DNA of 64,000 bases from a virus (IMGVR_UViG_2824993554_000003:1-64000); one strand, 5' to 3'; counted from the first letter of the stretch, positions 17,749 to 27,529 are shown. Notes: generated from the letters alone by a model not told the origin. Numbers and translations: made by a program.

Positions 17749-20009
17749 ATGCAATTGTCACCGATTTGTTCGGGGCGGAAGAACCGGTTGGCAAATCGTT
17801 CAAGCCGCTCGGACCGTCCGGTTTCGTGCGAGCGGCGCGGGTGCCTTTCGAATGCCCGCCGCCGCCAAAATTCGGTCCGCGGCGGGTTGTCAACGCCGAT
17901 AGCTTTGCAGGCGGTGGCGGCGCGACCAACGCCGTTGAAGAGGCGCTCAAGGTGCTGGCGTTCCTGCAGCTGCTTCCGCCAGAGCACAGTCTCAAAGTCG
18001 ACTGGGCTATCAATCACAATGAGCCGGCCCTTGCTATGCATGAGGCCAATCATCCGGAGACGGTGCACCTTCCGCACAATGTCTGGAAGGTCTCGATGCG
18101 CGAGATCCTCGGCGACAACCTCTTCGGCATTCTCTGGCTCTCGCCGGACTGCCGCGACCACTCGCCCGCGAAGGGTGGTCCGATCACCTCGCGCTCGGTG
18201 CGCGACCTCGCTTGGGTGCTCGTCCGCTGGCTGAAGGAACTGCCGGATTGGCAGAAGCCCCGGCTGATCTGCTTAGAGAACGTTCCGGCCTTTTCGAAAT
18301 GGAGCCCGCTGATCGATCATCCTGACGGCGGCTACCAGCGCGATGAAACGCGTCTCGGCGAAGTGTTCCACCGCTTTGTCATGGCGATTGCCGGTTTCGG
18401 CTATTCCGTCGGCTGGACGGAACTTGTCGCTTGCGAGCACGGCGACCCGACGATCCGCAAGCGCCTTCAGATGGTGATGCGGCGCGATGGCGAGCGGGCG
18501 GAATGGCCGGAGCCGACACACGGCGACCCGAAGTCGGAGGCTGTAGCGTCCGGCGAGTTGGAGCCGTGGCCCGTGGCGGCCGATATTATCGATTTCGATC
18601 GGCCTTGCCCGTCGATCCTGATGAGCAAGGAAGAGGCGGCGGCATACACGCGGGAAACGGGCATCAAGATCATCCGCCCGCTTGCTTTTAAAACCGATGC
18701 CCGCCTCGCCAAGGGCGTCAAGCGCCACGTGCTCGATGAGGCGGAGCCTTTCCTCGTCACCTGCAATCATGGCGGTGACGGTTTCCGGGGGCAAGGGCTT
18801 CAGGTCCCATTAGCGACTGTGACGCGGGCGCGGGATGCGCACGGGCTCGTCGTGCCTCATGTCGTCGCTTTCCGTGGCGACCAGGTCGGCCGTCAAGTCA
18901 ACTTGCCGCTGGCGACTGTTACAGCCAATAGCTTTCAGAAGCGTCCCGGCGGCGCATCGCCGCTCGGTATCGCGAAAACGACGATCGCGCCGTTCATCTC
19001 CTACGGCCAGCATGGTGGCCGCAGCAGATCAGCCGAATGCCCGCACCACACCGTGAAGGCCTCGGCGAAAGACCAGAACCAGGTCGTTGCGGCTGCGATC
19101 GCGCCGTTCATCTCGCAGCAGAATGGCGACAGGAAGGAAAATGGCGTTGACTATGCCCGTGCCGGTCGTTCGGTGGGCCTGCCACTGGGAACGGCGACCA
19201 CTTATCCCACGCAAACCCTGACGGCTCTTTATCTTGCCCAGCACAACACGGGCGTGGTCGGCCATCATCTCCGCAAGCCTGTGTCTACTATCGTCAAGGA
19301 AGCCAGCACACAGGCGCTGGTGTCCGCCACCTTCATCAAGCGCGATTTCGGCCGTTCTGTCGGTGCGGATATGCGGCGGCCGGTCGGGGCACTTATGGCG
19401 GGCGGAAGTGGCAAGGCGGATCTCGTAGCCGCACACATGATGTCGCTGAAGGGCAGCACGAGGCGCGACGGGAGTTGTGAGCGCCCGCATGCGGCGGTCT
19501 GCGCCAGCGGGCAGCATTCTGCAGTCGTAACCCTGCCGCTGATGACGGCATATTATTCAACCGGCGGCCAGAGCGCGGCGATCGACGATCCCATGCTTGC
19601 GGTTCCGACGAGAGCACGGTTTGGCCTGACCGAGGTCGACGCCAGCATGTTGCCCTTGACGGAAGCGCAGCTCGACCGCGCCCGAAAGGTTGCCGATTTC
19701 CTTCGCCGCCACGATTGCTGGGATGAACGCGAATTCGTGACCCTCACCATTGGCGGCCAACTCTTCATCCTCATTGATATCGGCATGCGGATGCTGACGC
19801 CGCGAGAGCTCGCCCGCGCTCAAGGCTTCCCTGATTCCTACATTCTCGCCGCGCCCTACAAGGGCGGAACGCTCTCTGAGACCGAGCAGCGCCACAAGAT
19901 CGGCAACTCGGTCTGCATGCGCCCAGCGGCAGCAACCATCATCGCAAATTATCGGCCCATCGGCGCATGGGGCGCTGATCCGGCGGAATACTTGGAGGCG
20001 GCAGAGTGA
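17745..20009 (+). CDS. C5-cytosine DNA methyltransferase with long repetitive variable region
   Basis: FAGGGG, SPDC, ENV, RKRL, RMLTPRELARAQGFP, IGNSV. Confidence 0.9.
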   Translation: MNAIVTDLFGAEEPVGKSFKPLGPSGFVRAARVPFECPPPPKFGPRRVVNADSFAGGGGATNAVEEALKVLAFLQLLPPEHSLKVDWAINHNEPALAMHEANHPETVHLPHNVWKVSMREILGDNLFGILWLSPDCRDHSPAKGGPITSRSVRDLAWVLVRWLKELPDWQKPRLICLENVPAFSKWSPLIDHPDGGYQRDETRLGEVFHRFVMAIAGFGYSVGWTELVACEHGDPTIRKRLQMVMRRDGERAEWPEPTHGDPKSEAVASGELEPWPVAADIIDFDRPCPSILMSKEEAAAYTRETGIKIIRPLAFKTDARLAKGVKRHVLDEAEPFLVTCNHGGDGFRGQGLQVPLATVTRARDAHGLVVPHVVAFRGDQVGRQVNLPLATVTANSFQKRPGGASPLGIAKTTIAPFISYGQHGGRSRSAECPHHTVKASAKDQNQVVAAAIAPFISQQNGDRKENGVDYARAGRSVGLPLGTATTYPTQTLTALYLAQHNTGVVGHHLRKPVSTIVKEASTQALVSATFIKRDFGRSVGADMRRPVGALMAGGSGKADLVAAHMMSLKGSTRRDGSCERPHAAVCASGQHSAVVTLPLMTAYYSTGGQSAAIDDPMLAVPTRARFGLTEVDASMLPLTEAQLDRARKVADFLRRHDCWDEREFVTLTIGGQLFILIDIGMRMLTPRELARAQGFPDSYILAAPYKGGTLSETEQRHKIGNSVCMRPAAATIIANYRPIGAWGADPAEYLEAAE

Positions 20010-20872
20010 TTACGCCTTCCCGTCCCATCATTCGCTGGCATGGCAGCAAGTGGCGGATCGCCGAATGGGTGATCGCGCATTTCCCACCGCACAAACTCTA
20101 TATCGAACCTTTTGGCGGCTCTGCCTCGGTGCTGCTTCAGAAGCCCCGCTCGGTGACCGAGGTCTACAACGACCTCGATCGGGATCTCGTGAATATGTTC
20201 AAGATGATCCGGGAGCGGCCGGACGAACTCGCTCTGCAACTGGCGTTAACGCCTTATGCGAGGGACGAATATCAGGCGCTCTACCGCTCGTCTGAGGACG
20301 ACATGGAAAGGGCTCGCGCCTTTATCGCCCGTTCGTTCATGGGGATGAGTTCCAAGGGCGCGCTACAGAAGAGCGGCTTTGACGCGCGGACCAATCCAGA
20401 CGGTTACACCGGCCGCCTGAGGTCGCTGGCCTCGCTTCCGGACGAGATCGTCACTGTAGCTGGGCGCTTCATCCATGTCGTGATTGAGAACGTGCCGGCG
20501 GTGGCCTGCCTCGATCGGTATGACCGGCCGGATGCATTGATCTATCTGGACCCTCCCTATCTGGCCTCGACGCGATCGTCTGGAAAACTCTATCGCCACG
20601 AAATGAGCGATGACCAGCACCGCGACCTGCTGGCGCGTGCGCGGGAAAGCGCTGCGATGGTCATCGTCTCAGGGTACCCGTCCGCCGTCTATGACGAGCT
20701 GCTGAGCGACTGGGTGCGCGTCGAGACCGACGCCTATGCCGACGGCGGCGTGCCTCGATCGGAAGTGCTGTGGATCAATCCGGCGGCTGCTGCGGCGTTG
20801 GACAGCAAGAATTCAGCCCATGCGCAAGGTCACGGCACGCCGCTCTTTGCGGCGGCGGAGCTTGCGCGATGA
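20006..20872 (+). CDS. Dam-family DNA adenine methylase
   Basis: RWHGSK, YIEPFGGS, EVYNDL, YLDPPY. Confidence 0.92.
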   Translation: MITPSRPIIRWHGSKWRIAEWVIAHFPPHKLYIEPFGGSASVLLQKPRSVTEVYNDLDRDLVNMFKMIRERPDELALQLALTPYARDEYQALYRSSEDDMERARAFIARSFMGMSSKGALQKSGFDARTNPDGYTGRLRSLASLPDEIVTVAGRFIHVVIENVPAVACLDRYDRPDALIYLDPPYLASTRSSGKLYRHEMSDDQHRDLLARARESAAMVIVSGYPSAVYDELLSDWVRVETDAYADGGVPRSEVLWINPAAAAALDSKNSAHAQGHGTPLFAAAELAR

Positions 20873-21132
20873 CGACCGGGTCGGCGGAACTGCAATGGCG
20901 TGACGAAGTCTACCGGCAGCTCGCCAAGAGCGGCTCGGTCGATATCGGCGCCGTCTATCCGCCGCGCGCGCCTGGGCGGCTCTGGCGCTGGCGCGTCTGG
21001 GTGACGGAAAGCGGCACGGCCGCGAATGGCACGGAACTGCGGGAGGACGCGGCACGGCGCCGGGTCGGCGAGCGATTCCAGGGATTTCTGACAGCGGCGG
21101 GGCTGGCGCCGAAAAATCACCAGCCGGAATGA
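20869..21132 (+). CDS. Hypothetical protein
   Basis: ATGA coupling. Confidence 0.6.
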   Translation: MTTGSAELQWRDEVYRQLAKSGSVDIGAVYPPRAPGRLWRWRVWVTESGTAANGTELREDAARRRVGERFQGFLTAAGLAPKNHQPE

Positions 21133-21256
21133 GACGAGGGCAATGACAATGGGCATTTTGACGCGCATGGCGGGATGCGCGGGATCGAAGGCGACGGGCG
21201 ATCCCCGGCGCCGCTATGCGGACCCGGCGGGCCGACGCGGTGTGGCACGTGGGATG

Positions 21257-21682
21257 TCAGGCGGCTTCCAGCCCGATCACCAGGCGCTTGCCCATGACGG
21301 CAAGGGCGTGGACGAGCAGCGGCAGCTTCGTCGCGAAATCCGGGTCGAGCAGCCGGCGCGCTTCCTTCTCGTCCTTGCCCATGCGGCGGGCGAGCTCGCT
21401 GCGCGAAATCCCGGCCTGCTGGAAGGTTTCGATGACGGCGATCTTGGCGGCCACCTCGGGGTCGGGCGTGACCATTACGCCTTCGGCCGTCGGCTCCGGC
21501 AAGGGCTTGCCGATCTCCAGGTATGTGAGCAGGGCGACGCCGAGCGCATCGGCCGCCATCTCGCGCGCGTCGGCCATGTCGTTCCCCTCGGTGATCGCCT
21601 CGGGGATATCGGCGAAGGTCACGGTAAAGCCGCCTTCGCGTTCGGTCGGCTCGAAGGTCGCCGCATATGCGTAAGTCTTCAT
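21257..21682 (-). CDS. hicB: HicB family antitoxin
   Basis: GGFTVTFADIPEAITEG..EMAADAL, C-terminal HTH. Confidence 0.9.
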   Translation of the reverse strand: MKTYAYAATFEPTEREGGFTVTFADIPEAITEGNDMADAREMAADALGVALLTYLEIGKPLPEPTAEGVMVTPDPEVAAKIAVIETFQQAGISRSELARRMGKDEKEARRLLDPDFATKLPLLVHALAVMGKRLVIGLEAA

Positions 21683-21771
21683 GGTTCGGTCTCCCTGGTG
21701 GCCGCGATCGGCCGGTCTGGACATGGGCAAGCGGTACATGGACAAGCGGTTTCGCCACGAAGGTCCGGGGC

Positions 21772-21969
21772 TCATGTGAGCCCCAGACCCTTTCTTATCT
21801 TCGCTGCCGTCTTCGGGTCTATCTCCCGGCTCGGGAGGGTCGTGAAGCGGTCTCCTAACCAGACCGTTGCATGCCCGCCCTTGCCCTTCGACTTGCTGAC
21901 CCGGAAGGGGAGGCCGCGTTGTTTTGCTTCGTCTCTGAGTTCAGCGATGAAGCGATCCCGCTTGTCCAT
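21772..21969 (-). CDS. hicA: HicA family toxin
   Basis: Small basic ORF with GKGGH and KIRKGLGL upstream of hicB. Confidence 0.82.
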   Translation of the reverse strand: MDKRDRFIAELRDEAKQRGLPFRVSKSKGKGGHATVWLGDRFTTLPSREIDPKTAAKIRKGLGLT

Positions 21970-21995
21970 GTCCGTCTCCGTTTCAATGAGGAGAT

Positions 21996-22047
21996 ATTCG
22001 GACATTTTTGTCCGAATGTCAAGCGTGTTCGGACATTTTTGTCCGAA
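21996..22047 (-). promoter_or_regulatory. Twin palindromic operators around the hicAB promoter
   Basis: Two copies of TTCGGACA-TTTT-TGTCCGAA flanking a minus-strand TTGACA (22017..22022). Confidence 0.78.
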
Positions 22048-22070
22048 TTTGCAGAGATCGGAGGTTGGTC

Positions 22071-23405
22071 ATGGGTAGCCCGCGCTTCTCGATCATTCCC
22101 GCATGGATCGTCACCGACAGCCGCCTGAAGGGCAGCGATCTCAAGGTGTTGTGTCTGCTCGGGACCTATACGAACAAGGAAGGCTGGTGCCGGCGCAGCC
22201 AGGTGAAGATGGCCGAGCAGCTCAACTGCGGCCGCTCGACCGTTCAGGATTCGCTCAATCGCCTCGCCGAGATCGGGGCTGTCGAAAAGCAGAAGGTGGC
22301 AAGCGCTGACGGCCGCGACAGTGCGCACTGGTACCGCGTCGTGCTCGATCGGGCGCCGATCAGCGATGCGTTTGGTGCATGGGACAGCGAGGACGAGCAG
22401 GAATTTGGTCCTATCGAGACCGATAATTCCGGGCCCCCCCCTGCCGGTATACCGGCACCCCCTGCCGGTCCTAGATCGGCACCCCCTGCCGGTTCTGGAC
22501 CGGCACCTATTAACGACAGTAATTTAACTCCCCCTATCGAACGAAGGGAGAGAGAGCGCGAGCGTGACGAGGAAGGGGTAGAAAATTCCAAAGCGATCGA
22601 GCGGCGGTTTCGGGCATGGTTTGCCAAGATGCCGGGCTATCTCGACGACAGCGAGCCGAACGCCCGACGCGAATGGAATGCGCTGACCTCGGCCGAGCGG
22701 GACGAATGCGAGCGGCTTACGCCGATCTGGCTGGAAGAGCGCAAGAAGATCGGCCGCACCAAGGCGGTCGCCGCCTCGACCTATCTCGCCGAAAAGCGCT
22801 GGGAGCGCATTCCAGACGAGGCGAAGGCGGCCCATCAGCGCGCCAAGGCGCAGGAAGAGCAGGTCCTGGTCAAGCCGTTCGGGCCAATCTGGGCAGGACT
22901 GCGCAGCCTGGCGCTGCTCGACGGGCCGGTGCATGTCGAGGTTCCCGACGACATCCTGCAGTCGACGACGCGCGTCTTCGAGGTCTACAAGCGCACCAGC
23001 GCCAGCAAGGCAGCGGCCTACCTCGATGAGCGCGGCATTGTCGTCGACGGCGCCGATCTCGTCTTTCCCCCTGATTTCCATGCGCAGGAATACCGTCGGC
23101 GCGTGCTGCAAGAGGGGTATCCGGAAGTCAACCGTCTGCACAAGCTGGCCGCCGATCGCGCCCGCGAACCGATCGACAAGCGCTTTCTCGCGCTGGTGCA
23201 GCTCTGCGAGGCAGTGCCGGTCGGCTCGCCCCTCTATGACCGCTGGCGCGATTATCACACGCAGATGAACTGGCAGTTCGTGCCGGATCCCGGCCAGATG
23301 CCAGTCGTCTATTTCCCAAGAGGCGGGCCGGAAGGCCTTGGTGAGTTCGAGATAGCCGCAAGAGCGGTTCTGGGCATGGAGCGGGGCGATGACGATGCAG
23401 TATAG
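22071..23405 (+). CDS. Phage replication initiator-like protein (N-terminal HTH)
   Basis: DLKVLCLLG..GWC..SQVKMAEQLNCGRSTV; internal iterons; AASTYLAEKRWE. Confidence 0.75.
   Translation: MGSPRFSIIPAWIVTDSRLKGSDLKVLCLLGTYTNKEGWCRRSQVKMAEQLNCGRSTVQDSLNRLAEIGAVEKQKVASADGRDSAHWYRVVLDRAPISDAFGAWDSEDEQEFGPIETDNSGPPPAGIPAPPAGPRSAPPAGSGPAPINDSNLTPPIERRERERERDEEGVENSKAIERRFRAWFAKMPGYLDDSEPNARREWNALTSAERDECERLTPIWLEERKKIGRTKAVAASTYLAEKRWERIPDEAKAAHQRAKAQEEQVLVKPFGPIWAGLRSLALLDGPVHVEVPDDILQSTTRVFEVYKRTSASKAAAYLDERGIVVDGADLVFPPDFHAQEYRRRVLQEGYPEVNRLHKLAADRAREPIDKRFLALVQLCEAVPVGSPLYDRWRDYHTQMNWQFVPDPGQMPVVYFPRGGPEGLGEFEIAARAVLGMERGDDDAV
22436..22530. repeat. Putative replication origin: three iterons plus AT-rich tract
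   Basis: 3x CCCCCTGCCGGT...CGGCA followed by TATTAACGACAGTAATTTAA inside the replication gene. Confidence 0.65.
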
Positions 23406-24069
23406 GAAAGGTGATCTTGGCGGCAGCATCGTCGTCAGTGTCGAAGCCTGGCGCAAGCGCGACAAGGTAGCGGGCGCAAACAGACTGCGGATTGATCATC
23501 TGAATATGGCTTCGAGGGGGACAGTGATTCGCTTGGCGCGTGATCCGGAAGTGCCAAGAGCGGGCTGGTTCTGCCTGAGGGTCACGACCGGGCGTGAGAT
23601 CGCTGTGGAAAAAGTGCTGAATGCCTCCGACGTGGAATCACTAGTTGTGATGACGAACGAGTGCAAGGTGGTGAAGCGTGGCCGCGTATGCATCGTTCCG
23701 CCACGGCCTGTCATCCTCGGTTATGTGCTCGTTCACTGCTGCCCAATCGCCCAGGCGATGATGGGTCTGCTGCACGTAAAGGATGTCATCGACGTGGTAG
23801 GCGGTGCTATTCGTCCATACCGGGCCGATGAGGATTCGATCAGTCGATTCAAGAAGATGGCGGAAGAGGGGAAGTACGATGCCAGCGCGCGGAAAGAGCG
23901 CAAGTTTGAGCTGAAGGAACGGGTGCGGATCGCCGATGGACCGTTCGCATCATTCCCTGGGATCGTCGTGTCGATCGATGATGAGAAGGGTTATGTCTCG
24001 CTCGATGTGGACATCTTCGGCCGCCCGACCCCCGTGCAATTGATGCTTGATCAGATCGAAAAGATGTGA
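23389..24069 (+). CDS. NusG-family antiterminator (phage paralog)
   Basis: NGN domain (WFCLRVTTGRE, GYVLV) and KOW domain (VRIADGPFASFPG, IFGRPTPV). Confidence 0.9.
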   Translation: MTMQYRKGDLGGSIVVSVEAWRKRDKVAGANRLRIDHLNMASRGTVIRLARDPEVPRAGWFCLRVTTGREIAVEKVLNASDVESLVVMTNECKVVKRGRVCIVPPRPVILGYVLVHCCPIAQAMMGLLHVKDVIDVVGGAIRPYRADEDSISRFKKMAEEGKYDASARKERKFELKERVRIADGPFASFPGIVVSIDDEKGYVSLDVDIFGRPTPVQLMLDQIEKM

Positions 24070-24242
24070 TCAGAGTCCGAGCCGTGGACGATCCTAGATC
24101 CCAGCGTGGGCTTTGAGTCGGTGACCTGATCACCGGCAAACGATGCGAAAGCTTCGGAGCTGCTTACCGGTAGGACCCTGCTTTGACAGCCTCCTGATGA
24201 GGCATCGAGTCAAGGCTAGTGCCACTGCTATGAGATGTTGAT

Positions 24243-24266
24243 GGGCGACCTTCGGGTCGCCTTTTT
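24243..24266 (+). terminator. Intrinsic terminator before the late genes
   Basis: GGGCGACC-TTCG-GGTCGCCT plus T-run. Confidence 0.85.
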
Positions 24267-24278
24267 GCGTTCTTGAGT

Positions 24279-24611
24279 ATGGGGAAGATTCGCACGATCA
24301 GCACCACGCTTCGCACGATCGACACGCGCACCGTCATCCCTGAAAGCAAGAAGGCCGATGCCTTCTATCTCTCGCCGGAGTGGCGGGCACTGATGGCTGC
24401 GATCATCAAGGATCGTGGCAGGATCTGTGAGGATCCGCGCTGCGACGGCCGAACCCATAAGCCTGGCATGCGTGTCTTCGGTGATCACGTCGTCGAACTC
24501 AAGGACGGCGGCGCGCCTCTCGACCCTCGCAACATCATGCTCCGATGTGGGGCATCCCATACCCGCAAGACCGCGGCGGCAAGGGCGAAGCGCCTCGCCG
24601 AGCGGTTCTGA
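24279..24611 (+). CDS. Packaging-associated HNH endonuclease
   Basis: FYLSPEWR, CEDPRC, DHVVELKDGG..NIMLRC..HTRKT; upstream of terS. Confidence 0.88.
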   Translation: MGKIRTISTTLRTIDTRTVIPESKKADAFYLSPEWRALMAAIIKDRGRICEDPRCDGRTHKPGMRVFGDHVVELKDGGAPLDPRNIMLRCGASHTRKTAAARAKRLAERF

Positions 24612-24714
24612 CCCCTCCCCATGGCCGCCGAGGCCGAAGGGGTAGGGGGTTTAAAAGTCCAGACCCCCTTTAGGCCCCTAACCGCATTGGTCCCATTCGC
24701 ATCTTTTTTTTCCG
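24612..24714. other. Probable cos region
   Basis: Non-coding gap between HNH and terS with G/C runs, as in HK97-like phages; cut site not resolved. Confidence 0.5.
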
Positions 24715-25230
24715 ATGGCTGACGATTTAGACCTCTTTGGCAACCCTTACCACTCTGCCGGTCGCGGGCAGGGAAGGCCGGAGCACGTCCCGTCTGAGGA
24801 AAACATCATAAATGTCATGGTGTTACTGGCGTCTGGAATGACGAACGCCGAAGTGGCTAAAACTGTCGGGCTTTCGACGCCGACTTTGCGCAAACATTAT
24901 TTTCACTTGCTCAAGCAACGCGAGGTCATGCTGACCCGTTTGAAGGGAAGGCTTCGGACGGCGCAGATCCAGCAGGGCCTGGCCGGTAGCGCGGCCGCCC
25001 TGTCCGGCGCTCTGAAGATGCTGGATTCAGTGAGCGCCGAGAAGGTGAACCGCGACATGCAGAGCAAGGCGGCGAACAAGCCGGCTGCGGCAAAGGGCTA
25101 CGTCTCGAAGAAAGAGCAGCGGCTCGACAATGCGCGGGTGATCAGCGGTGGCGGCCGATACGCTGTCCCAGCTGGACCGCGGTTGATTGCAAACAACGGT
25201 CAGCCCGTCGCGGCTGGCGATGAGGTCTGA
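24715..25230 (+). CDS. Terminase small subunit
   Basis: GRPEH, HTH TPTLRKHY, SKKEQR; position. Confidence 0.78.
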   Translation: MADDLDLFGNPYHSAGRGQGRPEHVPSEENIINVMVLLASGMTNAEVAKTVGLSTPTLRKHYFHLLKQREVMLTRLKGRLRTAQIQQGLAGSAAALSGALKMLDSVSAEKVNRDMQSKAANKPAAAKGYVSKKEQRLDNARVISGGGRYAVPAGPRLIANNGQPVAAGDEV

Positions 25231-25526
25231 TGATGTCTCGCCCTATGATCGCCGCAGCCGTCATCCTGCTTATCGCATCGCCACCTGCATGCCAGACGCA
25301 CCAGCCGCCAGGCAAAGATCTGTGGCTAATGGTGCCGGGCGTGGGTAAGGCGGAGGCCAAGCAGGTGGCGGAGAAGCCTGTCATCAGCGAGAAGCCGGCG
25401 AGCATCATATCACAAGCCAGGTGCGCCGCCTCGGGCGCGATCGGGCGGCGTATTGCGTGGGTTGTTCGCGCGGCCGATGGCAGTGTCAAATCCTTCGGAT
25501 CGGTCACCATCCGGAAGTGCAGCTGA
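25230..25526 (+). CDS. Small exported or lipoprotein-like protein
   Basis: Signal-like N-terminus ending PPAC; TGATG coupling. Confidence 0.5.
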   Translation: MMSRPMIAAAVILLIASPPACQTHQPPGKDLWLMVPGVGKAEAKQVAEKPVISEKPASIISQARCAASGAIGRRIAWVVRAADGSVKSFGSVTIRKCS

Positions 25527-25532
25527 TAGACG

Positions 25533-27329
25533 ATGCGGTATTCGACGGCTTGCCTTGACTGGGAGCGGCGGATTGTTGCGGGTGAAAGCCTGATCCCGAT
25601 CGCGCCGCTCTTTCCCGACGAGGCGGAGGCGGCGCTCGAGGTTTTCAAGTCGCTCCAGATCACCGATCTTCCTCAGGTCTATGATCGCAAGACGGGGCAA
25701 CACCGTCACCCGACATTCGGCGAGTCCTGCGAACCCTTCGTGTTCGATTTCGTGGCGGCTGTCTTCGGGGCCTATGACGAGGGCTCGGCTCGACGGCTGA
25801 TCGAAGAGTTCTTCCTGCTGATCAGCAAGAAGAACGGCAAGTCGACCATCGTTGCCGGCATCATGGTGACGGCGCTGATCCGCAACTGGCGTTCGCACCA
25901 GGAGCTGATGATCCTGGCGCCGACGCGCGAAGTCGCGGAAAACTCGTTCGGGCCGGCGGCGGCAATGATCCGCGCGGATCCGGAGCTGGGGGTGCTCCTG
26001 CATGTGCAAGACAACATCAAGTCGATCACGCATACCGTCACCAAGGCCGTGCTGAAGATCGTCTCGGCGGATTCGGGAACGGCGGCGGGCAAAAAGGCTG
26101 GCTTCGTTCTGATTGACGAGCTGTGGCTGTTCGGCAAGAAGGCAGGCGCGGCAGGGATGCTGCAGGAAGCCACGGGCGGTTTGATTTCGAGGCCGGAAGG
26201 CTTCGTCATCTACATCTCGACGCAGGCGGACGCGCCGCCGACGGGTGTCTTCAAGGAAAAGCTGGATTATTTCCGGGATGTCCGGGACGGCAAGATTAAC
26301 GATCCGCAAAGCCTGGCCGTGCTCTACGAATTCCCCGAAGCGATGATCGCCAGCGAGGCGTATCTCGATCCGGAAAATTGGTACGTCACCAACCCGAATA
26401 TCGGGCGGTCGGTTCGCCGGGAATGGCTAGAGCGGAAAATGCTCAACGTCAGATCCGGCGAGGACCAGGAAGGCGACACCTATCAGAGCTTCCTGGCGAA
26501 GCACCTGAACGTCGAAATCGGCATGGGGCTGCGGGCCAACCGCTGGCCCGGCGCCAACCACTGGTCGGCCGCTGCCGATGAAGAGCTTTGCACGCTTGAG
26601 CCTTTCGATGCCCTGGAGCGAATGCTCGAGCGTTGCGACGTGGCGGTGATCGGCGCCGATGGCGGCGGCCTCGACGACCTATTTGGCCTGACGATCGTTG
26701 GACGCGAGCCCGAAGAGATCGAGGTCAAGATCAAGGTGAACGGCCGCGAGACCGTCGTCTGGATGAAGCGGTGGCTGAGTTGGTCGCACGCGTGGTGCCA
26801 TCGCGAAGTGCTGAAGCGGCGCAAGAAGATCGCGCCGACCCTGCTCGACTTCGCGAAGACGGGACATCTGACGATTATCGACAATGCGCTCGAGGACATC
26901 GCTGCGATCGTCGACATCGTCAAGTTGGTCAAGGATCGCGAGCTGCTGGCGGCCGTGGCGGTCGACCCGGCTGGGATTGGCGATTTTGTCGACGCGCTGG
27001 CGATGCCGGAGATCGACGTAACGCAGGAAAACGGCCTGCTTGTCGGCGTGCCGCAGGGCTACGCGCTGATGAATGCAATCAAGACTGCGGAGCGGCGGCT
27101 GTCGAACAAGATGCTGCTTCACGCCGGCAGCCCGATGATGACCTGGACGGTCTCCAACCTGAAGATCGAGCCGACGGCGACAGCGATCAGGGCGACGAAG
27201 CAGACGGCGGGCGATGCGAAGATCGACCCCGTGATGGCGCTCTTCGATGCTGTGACCATCATGACCAAGAACCCCGAACCGAAGAAAATCCGGTCGGTTT
27301 ATGAGAAACGTGGATTGAGGGTGGCCTGA
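25533..27329 (+). CDS. Terminase large subunit
   Basis: SKKNGKS Walker A, LIDELW Walker B, GADGGGLDDL, KIDPVMA. Confidence 0.95.
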   Translation: MRYSTACLDWERRIVAGESLIPIAPLFPDEAEAALEVFKSLQITDLPQVYDRKTGQHRHPTFGESCEPFVFDFVAAVFGAYDEGSARRLIEEFFLLISKKNGKSTIVAGIMVTALIRNWRSHQELMILAPTREVAENSFGPAAAMIRADPELGVLLHVQDNIKSITHTVTKAVLKIVSADSGTAAGKKAGFVLIDELWLFGKKAGAAGMLQEATGGLISRPEGFVIYISTQADAPPTGVFKEKLDYFRDVRDGKINDPQSLAVLYEFPEAMIASEAYLDPENWYVTNPNIGRSVRREWLERKMLNVRSGEDQEGDTYQSFLAKHLNVEIGMGLRANRWPGANHWSAAADEELCTLEPFDALERMLERCDVAVIGADGGGLDDLFGLTIVGREPEEIEVKIKVNGRETVVWMKRWLSWSHAWCHREVLKRRKKIAPTLLDFAKTGHLTIIDNALEDIAAIVDIVKLVKDRELLAAVAVDPAGIGDFVDALAMPEIDVTQENGLLVGVPQGYALMNAIKTAERRLSNKMLLHAGSPMMTWTVSNLKIEPTATAIRATKQTAGDAKIDPVMALFDAVTIMTKNPEPKKIRSVYEKRGLRVA

Positions 27330-27529
27330 TGGCGGAGAGACCACAGAACGATCGCTCGGACGCGAGCCTGAAGGTCGACCGCCAGACGATCCGTGAGATC
27401 GTGGGCGCGGCCGGCGCGGCGCTCGCGGGATATGGGGCGTGGCTGTCGTATCCGCCGGCCGGCTTCATGGTTGCCGGCGGCATCCTCGTCGGCTTGGCTG
27501 TCCTCGGTACACTGCGCGGTGGCAAGTAA
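27329..27529 (+). CDS. Small membrane protein between terL and portal
   Basis: Two TM segments, YGAWLSYPPAGFMVAG. Confidence 0.7.
   Translation: MAERPQNDRSDASLKVDRQTIREIVGAAGAALAGYGAWLSYPPAGFMVAGGILVGLAVLGTLRGGK

Noticed and set aside
21143-22078. 311-aa plus-strand ORF
   Set aside because: Antisense shadow of hicAB; at most its 5' end is a disrupted gene.
22436-22507. Short repeats as a mini-CRISPR
   Set aside because: Units abut with no unique spacers and no cas genes; better explained as iterons.
24194-24230. CTGATGA suggesting a hammerhead ribozyme (also near 34872)
   Set aside because: No GAAA follows a stem II at the required position, and the motif sits in a hairpin loop.
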